Part shown: positions 57,357-64,000 of the stretch, one piece after another | Layout of the letters: every line of letters starts with the position of its first letter | How positions within the stretch are numbered: the first letter of the stretch is position 1 | Assembly: GCA_036229005.1 (NCBI GenBank) | Contig: JAZAMN010000057.1 | Location: 1 to 64,000, forward strand | From: Myxococcota bacterium | GTDB lineage: Bacteria > Myxococcota_A > UBA796 > CAJQPC01 | Direction: 5' to 3' | DNA length: 64,000 bases | Notes under the pieces: model-generated | Told to the model about the DNA's origin: nothing | The model's input: the letters and a program-made list of their open reading frames with translations, nothing else | The model's database searches: none | Made by a program: the position numbers and the translations under genes

Positions 57357-58967
57357 TCAGGGGCGGGCGACGCCAAAGGTGTTGGGGTGCAGGGTGCGGG
57401 CGCGGGCCTCGGCGCAGACGCGCAGGCACATGCCCAGGATCCAGCGGGTGTCCCGGGGGTCGATGACGCCGTCGTCGAAGAGGCGGGCGGTGCCAAAGAG
57501 CACGTGGGACTCGGCGTCCAGGCGCTGCTGGATCTGCTGGGTGGTGTGGGCCAGGAACTGTTCGTTCAGGGGCAGACCCTTGGCGGCGTGCTTGGCCCGG
57601 GTGATGAGCTCCATGACCTGGGCTGCCTGGGCGCCCCCCATCACAGCGGTGCGGGCGGTCGGCCAGGAGAAGATGAAGTCCGGGTCGAAGCCGCGGCCGC
57701 ACATGCCGTAGTTGCCGGCGCCGAAGCTGCCGCCCACCACGACGGTGAGCTTGGGGACGCGCAGGTTGGCGACGGCCTGGATCATCTTGGAGCCGTGCTT
57801 GACGGACCCGGCGCGCTCGGCGGCGCTGCCGACCATGTAGCCCTGGGTGTTCTGCAGGAAGACGACGGGGGTGCCGGTCTGGTCGCAGAGCTGCAGGAAG
57901 TGGGTGGCCTTGGCGCTGCCCTGGGGCTGGATGGCGCCGTTGTTGCCGACGATGCCCACGGGCATGCCCTGGATGCGGGCGTGGCCGCAGACGGTCTCGG
58001 GGCCGAAGCGGGCCTTGAACTCCAGGAAGTCGGAGCCGTCGACCAGGCGGGCGATGATCTCGCGGCAGTCGTAGGGCTCGCGGGGGTCGGCGGGGACCAC
58101 GCCCAACAGCTCGTCGGGGGAGAAGGCGGGCAGCCTGTCCTCGCTTGGGCCGGTGGCGGGGTCCCAGTTGAGGGCGGCCATGAGCTCCCGGAGTTGGGCC
58201 AGGGCGTGGGCGTCATCCTCCGCCTCGTACTCCCCGAGACCGGTGACGGTGGCGTGCATCTCGGAGCCGCCGAGCTGCTCGTCGCTGCAGTCCTCGCCGA
58301 TGGCGGCTTTGACCAGGGGGGGGCCGGCCAGGAAGATCTTGGAGCGCTCGCGGACCAGGATGACGTGGTCCGAGAGGCCGGGGAGGTAGGCGCCGCCGGC
58401 GGTGCTGGAGCCGTGGACGACGGAGATCTGGGGGATGCCCGCGGCGGAGTTCCGGGCGAGGTTGGCGAAGCTGCGGCCGCCGCCCACGAACATCTCGGAC
58501 TGGTAGAGCAGGTTCGCGCCGCCGGACTCCACCAGGTAGAGCAGCGGGAGCTTGAGCTTTCGGGAGAGCTCCTGGACGCGCAGGGTCTTCTGGGCGCCCA
58601 TGGGGGAGATGGAGCCGCCCTTGATTCCGCTGTCGTTTGCAAGGATCAAGCAGCGCTTGCCGGCGACCGTCCCGACGCCCGCGATGCTGCCGCCGCCCAT
58701 GACGGTCTTGGCGCCGTCGTCGTCGTGCATGCGCAGGCCGGCCAGGGTGGAGAGCTCCAGGAAGGGGGCGCCGCGGTCCAGCAGGCGCTCGACGCGCTCC
58801 CGGGGGAGGAGCTGGCCGCGGGCGTCAAAGCGCTCCTTGCGGCGGGCGGAGGTGGCGCGGACCTGGGCCTCCAGGGCGCGGATCTCCTGCAGCTTCTCGG
58901 TCATGGCCGCGGCGTTGGCGGCGAACTCTGGGCCGGTGGGCCGCAAGGCGGAGGTCAAGGGGGGCAT
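57357..58967 (-). CDS. atuC: Acyl-CoA carboxylase carboxyltransferase subunit (geranyl-CoA carboxylase AtuC-like)
   Basis: GQLLPRER, VESGGANL, GSSTAGGAY, GGSFGAGNYGMCGR, MGGAQAA, FGVAR. Confidence 0.8.
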   Translation of the reverse strand: MPPLTSALRPTGPEFAANAAAMTEKLQEIRALEAQVRATSARRKERFDARGQLLPRERVERLLDRGAPFLELSTLAGLRMHDDDGAKTVMGGGSIAGVGTVAGKRCLILANDSGIKGGSISPMGAQKTLRVQELSRKLKLPLLYLVESGGANLLYQSEMFVGGGRSFANLARNSAAGIPQISVVHGSSTAGGAYLPGLSDHVILVRERSKIFLAGPPLVKAAIGEDCSDEQLGGSEMHATVTGLGEYEAEDDAHALAQLRELMAALNWDPATGPSEDRLPAFSPDELLGVVPADPREPYDCREIIARLVDGSDFLEFKARFGPETVCGHARIQGMPVGIVGNNGAIQPQGSAKATHFLQLCDQTGTPVVFLQNTQGYMVGSAAERAGSVKHGSKMIQAVANLRVPKLTVVVGGSFGAGNYGMCGRGFDPDFIFSWPTARTAVMGGAQAAQVMELITRAKHAAKGLPLNEQFLAHTTQQIQQRLDAESHVLFGTARLFDDGVIDPRDTRWILGMCLRVCAEARARTLHPNTFGVARP

Positions 58968-59002
58968 TCAGGCTCCGGAGGCGCGACCGCGTGAGGGTTG
59001 CC

Positions 59003-59032
59003 ATTATGGGAGCCGCTTTACGTATACGTCAA
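59003..59032 (-). promoter_or_regulatory. Promoter TTGACG-18-CATAAT for the atu-like operon with overlapping LiuR-type box TTTACGTATACGTCAA (59017-59032)
   Basis: AT-rich palindrome matching the LiuR consensus TTTACGT-WW-ACGTAAA at 15 of 16 positions, covering the -35 box. Confidence 0.78.
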
Positions 59033-59088
59033 GCTCGCCAGGGTGACCTCGCCTTTGGGAGGATTGTCGGGAAGTGAGAGGTGCCCAC

Positions 59089-59511
59089 ATGTCCGAGAAC
59101 GTGACCCAGCCCACCGGAGAGGACGTTCAGGCCTTCCTCGACTCCGTGGAGAACCCTGGCCGGCGCGAGGACGCTGCGCTGGTGCTCCGGATGATGCGCG
59201 AGGTCACGGGGCTGGAGCCGGTCATGTGGGGGCAGTCCCTCATCGGATTCGGTACGTACCACTACCGATATGACTCGGGGCGCGAGGGCGACTTCTTCCG
59301 GGTGGGGTTCTCGCCGCGCAAGGCCAAGCTCGTGGTCTACATCATGCCGTACCAGGACGACTTCGAGCCGCTGCTGGCGCGCCTGGGGCCGCACAAGCTG
59401 GGCAAGAGCTGCCTATACCTGGGCCGGCTGAGCCGGATCGACCTGGACGTGTTGCGCAAGGTGATTCAGCTCTCCTGGGAGCTGATGGCTCAGAAGTACC
59501 CTGACTCCTGA
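59089..59511 (+). CDS. DUF1801 (YdhG-like) domain protein
   Basis: PVMWGQSLIGFGTYHYRYDSGREGD, GFSPRK, LGPHKLGKSCLY. Confidence 0.9.
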   Translation: MSENVTQPTGEDVQAFLDSVENPGRREDAALVLRMMREVTGLEPVMWGQSLIGFGTYHYRYDSGREGDFFRVGFSPRKAKLVVYIMPYQDDFEPLLARLGPHKLGKSCLYLGRLSRIDLDVLRKVIQLSWELMAQKYPDS

Positions 59512-59584
59512 GCGCTCCTGCGCGACACTTGTTTCAGCATTTGTTTCAGCCTCACCCTGTTAGCCCTGGTGGCTTGGAGGTCCA

Positions 59585-61120
59585 ATGATCTTGGGTGTTC
59601 CCAGAGAGAGTCACGCGGGCGAACGCCGGGTCTCGGCCACGCCGGAGACGGTCACGCGCTTTGTGAAGGAGGGCTTTGAGGTCCTGGTGGAGCGAGGCGC
59701 TGGGGCGCAGGCGAGCTTCCCCGACGCGGCCTACGAGGAGGCCGGGGCCACGCTGGTCTCCAAGGAGCAGGCGTGGGCTGCGCAGGTCGTGCTGCACGTG
59801 AACCCTCCTGAGGCGGAGGAGGTGGGGCTCTTGCAGCCCGGCGCCACGCTGATCTCCATCCTCCGGCCGGATCAGAACGCGGACATGGTGGAGGCTCTGT
59901 CCACCCGCGAGGTCACCGCGCTGGCGTTGGACAAGATCCCGCGCATCAGCCGGGCCCAGAAGATGGACGTGCTCTCGTCGATGGCGAACATCGCGGGCTA
60001 CCGGGCGGTGATCGAAGCCAGCCAGCACTTCGGCGGCTTCTTTGGCGCTCAGATGACGGCGGCGGGCAAGTCCGCGCCGGCCAAGGTGCTGGTCATCGGG
60101 GCGGGCGTGGCGGGTCTGGCGGCCATCGGCGCGGCCCGGGGCCTGGGGGCGACGGTGTACGCCTTCGACGTGCGCCCCAGCGTGAAGGAGCAGGTCGAGA
60201 GCCTGGGCGGTCGCTTCCTGACGGTGGAGCTGGAGGAGAGCGGCGAGGACGCGGGCGGCTACGCCAAGACCATGTCCAAGGAGTTCATCGACGCGGAGAT
60301 GGCGCTGTTCCGCGAGCACGCGCCGAGCTGCGATGTGGTCATCACGACGGCGCTCATTCCCGGTCGGGCCGCGCCCAAGCTCTGGCTGGCGGACATGGTG
60401 GAGGCCATGAAGCCGGGCTCCGTGGTGGTGGACCTGGCCGCCGAGCAGGGCGGCAACTGCGAGGGGACCGTGGCCGGGCAGGTCGTGCAGGTCTCCGGCG
60501 TGAGCATCATCGGGTACACCGACCTGGTCTCCCGCCTGCCCACGGTGGCCAGCCGCTTCTTCTCCAAGAACATCCAGAACCTGATCGACGATCTGGGCTG
60601 GGCCCCCGGCTGGCACATCGACCACGAGGACGAGGCCGTCCGGGGCGCGCTGGTGCTGGAGGAGGGTGAGAGCCGCTGGCCCCCGCCCAAGATCGAACGG
60701 CCCCCTCCCCCCAAGCCGGCGCCCGCCCCCGAGCCCATCGCCGCCCCCGAACCCGAAGAGGAGTCGGGCACCTGGCGCGTGGTGCTGGGCATCGTGCTGG
60801 CCGCCGTGTTCGGCGCGGTGGGCTGGTGGGCCCCGACGGAGTTCGTCGGGCACTTCTCCGTGTTCGTGCTGGCCTGTTTTGTGGGCTGGCAGCTCATCTG
60901 GAACGTGCACCACTCCCTGCACACCCCGCTCATGAGCGTGACCAACGCCATCAGCGGCATCATCCTGGTCGGCGGCATCCTGCAGGCCGGCAGCGGCGGG
61001 TCGGTCACGGGCCTGCCCATCATCCTGGCCGTGCTCGCCATCATCCTGGCCAGCATCAACATCGTGGGCGGCTTCATGGTCACCCACCGCATGCTCGCCA
61101 TGTTCCGGAAGGGGGACTGA
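59585..61120 (+). CDS. pntA: NAD(P) transhydrogenase subunit alpha
   Basis: [60 protein letters not shown]. Confidence 0.97.
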   Translation: MILGVPRESHAGERRVSATPETVTRFVKEGFEVLVERGAGAQASFPDAAYEEAGATLVSKEQAWAAQVVLHVNPPEAEEVGLLQPGATLISILRPDQNADMVEALSTREVTALALDKIPRISRAQKMDVLSSMANIAGYRAVIEASQHFGGFFGAQMTAAGKSAPAKVLVIGAGVAGLAAIGAARGLGATVYAFDVRPSVKEQVESLGGRFLTVELEESGEDAGGYAKTMSKEFIDAEMALFREHAPSCDVVITTALIPGRAAPKLWLADMVEAMKPGSVVVDLAAEQGGNCEGTVAGQVVQVSGVSIIGYTDLVSRLPTVASRFFSKNIQNLIDDLGWAPGWHIDHEDEAVRGALVLEEGESRWPPPKIERPPPPKPAPAPEPIAAPEPEEESGTWRVVLGIVLAAVFGAVGWWAPTEFVGHFSVFVLACFVGWQLIWNVHHSLHTPLMSVTNAISGIILVGGILQAGSGGSVTGLPIILAVLAIILASINIVGGFMVTHRMLAMFRKGD

Positions 61121-61121
61121 G

Positions 61122-62516
61122 ATGCAGATCCCTGAGTCCTTCGCCCCCGTCGCCTACCTGGGCGCGGGCGTGCTGTTCATCCTGTCCATCGGCGGCCTGA
61201 CCAGCCAGGAGAGCGCCCGACGCGGCAACGTCCTGGGCATGATCGGCATGGCCATCGCCCTGGGGGCCGCCCTGCTGACCCCCGGCCTGACCGGCTTCGG
61301 CATCATCGCGGGCGCGATCGGCGTCGGCGCGGTCATCGGCGCGCTGATGGCCACCCGGGTCGCCATGACCTCGATGCCCCAGATGGTCGGCGTGCTCAAC
61401 GCCTTCGTGGGCCTGGCGGCGGTGCTGGTGGGCTTCTCCACCTACCTGGAGCACGGGGCCGAGCTGAGCGGCGGCGAGTCTCTGGTCCACAGCCTGGAGA
61501 TCTACCTGGACATCGCCATCGGCGCGATCACCTTCACCGGCTCCATGGTGGCCTGGGCCAAGCTGGACGGGCGCCTGTCGGGCAAGCCCCTGCTGATCCC
61601 CGGCCGCCACGTGCTCAACGCCCTGATGGCCCTGGCCATCGTGGGCCTGGCGGTGCCGCTGCTGCTGGCCGCGCCCGGGACAGGGGTGATGTGGATCTTC
61701 ATCATGTCCATCATCGCCAGCATCCTGGGCGTACACCTGGTGCTGAGCATCGGCGGCGCGGACATGCCCGTGGTGGTCTCGCTGCTCAACTCCTACTCGG
61801 GGTGGACCGCGGCGGCGGCCGGCTTCATGCTGGGCAACGACCTGCTGATCATCACCGGCGCGCTGGTCGGCGCGAGCGGCGCCATCCTCTCGGCCATCAT
61901 GTGCAAGGCCATGAACCGCAGCATCTGGAACGTGGTGTTCGGCGGCTTCGGCACCGACGGGGGCGCCCCCGCCTCCACCGAGGGTCCCCAGGGCGAGTGG
62001 CAGGAGATCAGCCTGGAGGGCCTGGTCGAGGCCCTGGAGGACGCCCAGGAGATCCTGATCGTCCCCGGCTACGGCATGGCGGTGGCCCAGGCCCAGCGGG
62101 CCGTCGACTCCTTCGTCCGCAAGATGCAGGACAAGGGCGCCAGAGTGCGCTTCGGCATCCACCCCGTCGCGGGCCGCCTGCCGGGCCACATGAACGTGCT
62201 GCTGGCCGAGGCCGGCGTGCCCTACGACATCGTGCACGAGATGGACGAGGTCAACCCGGACTTCCCCAAGACCGACGTGGTGCTGGTCATCGGCGCCAAC
62301 GACATCGTGAACCCCTCGGCCCAGACCGATCCGGGATCGCCCATCGCGGGCATGCCGGTGCTGGAGGTCTGGAAGTCCGAGCTCACGGTTGTCTTCAAGC
62401 GAGGCCGAGGAATGGGCTACGCGGGCGTCGTGAATCCGCTCTTTTTCAAAGACAAGACACGCATGTTCTTTGGCGATGCGCGAGACTCCATGGAGCAGAT
62501 CAACGCCAAGCTCTGA
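61122..62516 (+). CDS. pntB: NAD(P) transhydrogenase subunit beta
   Basis: IGGADMPVVVSLLNSYSG, GYGMAVAQAQ, HPVAGRLPGHMNVLLAEA, GANDIVNP. Confidence 0.97.
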   Translation: MQIPESFAPVAYLGAGVLFILSIGGLTSQESARRGNVLGMIGMAIALGAALLTPGLTGFGIIAGAIGVGAVIGALMATRVAMTSMPQMVGVLNAFVGLAAVLVGFSTYLEHGAELSGGESLVHSLEIYLDIAIGAITFTGSMVAWAKLDGRLSGKPLLIPGRHVLNALMALAIVGLAVPLLLAAPGTGVMWIFIMSIIASILGVHLVLSIGGADMPVVVSLLNSYSGWTAAAAGFMLGNDLLIITGALVGASGAILSAIMCKAMNRSIWNVVFGGFGTDGGAPASTEGPQGEWQEISLEGLVEALEDAQEILIVPGYGMAVAQAQRAVDSFVRKMQDKGARVRFGIHPVAGRLPGHMNVLLAEAGVPYDIVHEMDEVNPDFPKTDVVLVIGANDIVNPSAQTDPGSPIAGMPVLEVWKSELTVVFKRGRGMGYAGVVNPLFFKDKTRMFFGDARDSMEQINAKL

Positions 62517-62522
62517 GGTCCA

Positions 62523-64000
62523 ATGCTCCTGCTCCTGCTCGTCGCCTGTGGATCTGGGGTGGAGACGCTCCCGCCGGACAGCGCGCCGGTGACGGAGCGC
62601 TTCGCTGTGCCACGCTTTGACCTCGCCGATGGGCTGGAGTCCAAGGATCTGGGCAGGGGCGTGAGCGTGCTGGATGTGGACGGAGATGGGCTACTGGACC
62701 TGCTCTCGGCCTCCTCCAACCTCTCCTTCCCCGGGGGGAGCTCGGTGCAGCTTCACCTGCAGAACCCGGACGGCAGCTACCGCCGGGTGACCGAAGAGTG
62801 GGGCCTGCGCAGTCAGATGGACGTGTGGGGCCTGGTCCCCCTGGACCACGACAACGACGGGGAGCTGGAGATCCTGATGACGGGCGCGGCCTGGAACGGG
62901 GTCACCAACAACCTCTGGCTCACCCTGCGGCCCGAGGGCCCGGCGATGGAGAGCGGCCCCTACGGCGCCTGCGGACCGGGGGCGACGATGGGCGCCTCCG
63001 TCGCGGATCTGAACCGGGACGGCCACCTGGATCTGGTGATGGCCAACGGCGCCGCGCACCGCTGGGGGGGCTGTACGGACATCCTGCTGGGGAGCGAGCA
63101 GGGGCTCAGTCGGCTCACCAACGTCGGCCGGGGCTCCGAGGAGGGCTTTGGGACCGTGGTCCACGACCTGAGCGGAGACGGCTACCCGGAGATCGTCCTC
63201 ACCGAGGGCATCGGCGTGGTGATCTACGAGAACCTGGGGGAGCCTCCTTGGTTCGAGATGGACGACCCGGCCCACCGCTACAGCCTGCGCATCCGGGCGG
63301 AGGAGGACGACGCGGCGTGGACCAAGGCGAGCCTGGCGGTGCTGCTGCTGGACTACGACCAGGACGGTGACCTGGACCCCTTCGTGTGCACCTACGACGA
63401 CCCCGACGCCCCGGGCGAGTCCTACAACCAGCGGCTGCTGCGCAACGACGGGGACATGGTGTTCACCGACGTCAGCCAGGAGCAGGGGGTGCGCTTCGGC
63501 CCGGGCTGCATGGGCGCCGGGGTCGGCGACATCGACATGAACGGCTACCCCGACCTGTACCTGGGCACCGGCGGGCCCGAAGCGGGCCACGAGACCGACA
63601 ACATCCTCTACCTGAACACCGGCGACGGCTTCGTGGACGTCAGCCAGGAGGCCGGGACGACCTGGAAGGGGCGCACCCACGGCATCGAGTTCGCCGACAT
63701 GAACCAGGACGGGGCGATGGACCTGATCCTGAACAGCGGCGGCGCCTATGCCGGCCAGGACGAGGGCCTGCGCGTCGCCCTCCAGCGCGGCGGCCCCTTC
63801 AACGGTGTCCCCGTGGTCATCAAGGGCCCCGCCAACAACCCGGACGGCGTGGGCGCGCGGGTGGTCGCGGAGACGGACAAGGGCACCTTCTACGCCTACA
63901 ACCTGCGCGGGAGCGGCTTCGGCTCCACCAACCTGGGCCCGGTGTGGGTGGGCGTGGCCGACGCCAGCACCGCGACCGTGCGCGTGGAGTTCCCGGACGG
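62523..64000 (+). CDS. FG-GAP/VCBS-repeat lipoprotein (CRTAC1/ASPIC-UnbV-like), runs off the window end
   Basis: MLLLLLVAC; repeated D(V/H/L/Y/I/M)DxDGxxD motifs; near the end NPDGVGARVV, GSGFGS, VEFPD; absent from the ORF track because there is no stop. Confidence 0.85.
   Translation, partial: MLLLLLVACGSGVETLPPDSAPVTERFAVPRFDLADGLESKDLGRGVSVLDVDGDGLLDLLSASSNLSFPGGSSVQLHLQNPDGSYRRVTEEWGLRSQMDVWGLVPLDHDNDGELEILMTGAAWNGVTNNLWLTLRPEGPAMESGPYGACGPGATMGASVADLNRDGHLDLVMANGAAHRWGGCTDILLGSEQGLSRLTNVGRGSEEGFGTVVHDLSGDGYPEIVLTEGIGVVIYENLGEPPWFEMDDPAHRYSLRIRAEEDDAAWTKASLAVLLLDYDQDGDLDPFVCTYDDPDAPGESYNQRLLRNDGDMVFTDVSQEQGVRFGPGCMGAGVGDIDMNGYPDLYLGTGGPEAGHETDNILYLNTGDGFVDVSQEAGTTWKGRTHGIEFADMNQDGAMDLILNSGGAYAGQDEGLRVALQRGGPFNGVPVVIKGPANNPDGVGARVVAETDKGTFYAYNLRGSGFGSTNLGPVWVGVADASTATVRVEFPD

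Overview
High-GC bacterial chromosome segment. The gene content looks like Myxococcota (inference): many secreted or lipoproteins with Asp-rich linkers, a Ser/Thr kinase, and FHA, DUF4388-like and PAAR genes. Main blocks, in order: (1) surface/secreted protein genes (240-7179); (2) a divergent Ser/Thr kinase-FGE / FHA-HTH pair; (3) a ROK-regulated beta-glucan utilisation operon with CBM-like lipoproteins, a GH fused to a putative beta-barrel, GH16, a family-5 ABC transporter and GH1 (11303-24760); (4) fadA-fadB-ADP-ribosylglycohydrolase; (5) two DUF4388-like/pseudo-J/TPR genes, then an orphan spike-like + PAAR + methyltransferase module; (6) an apparently catalytically dead RAYT-like (HUH Y1) gene; (7) gyrA; (8) GntR, YHYH, flavoprotein disulfide reductase and LiuR-like genes; (9) a patch of accessory hypothetical genes; (10) an atuCDEF-like + BKACE operon with a LiuR box; (11) pntAB and a partial FG-GAP protein. 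The most striking non-coding signal is four intergenic elements, each made of two head-to-head inverted arrays with an exact 31-bp period. Other notable patterns are very short lipoprotein signal peptides and repeated leaderless-type promoters. I recognised no rRNA, tRNA, CRISPR array or intact IS. All family calls are from motif recognition by eye; no database search was run.
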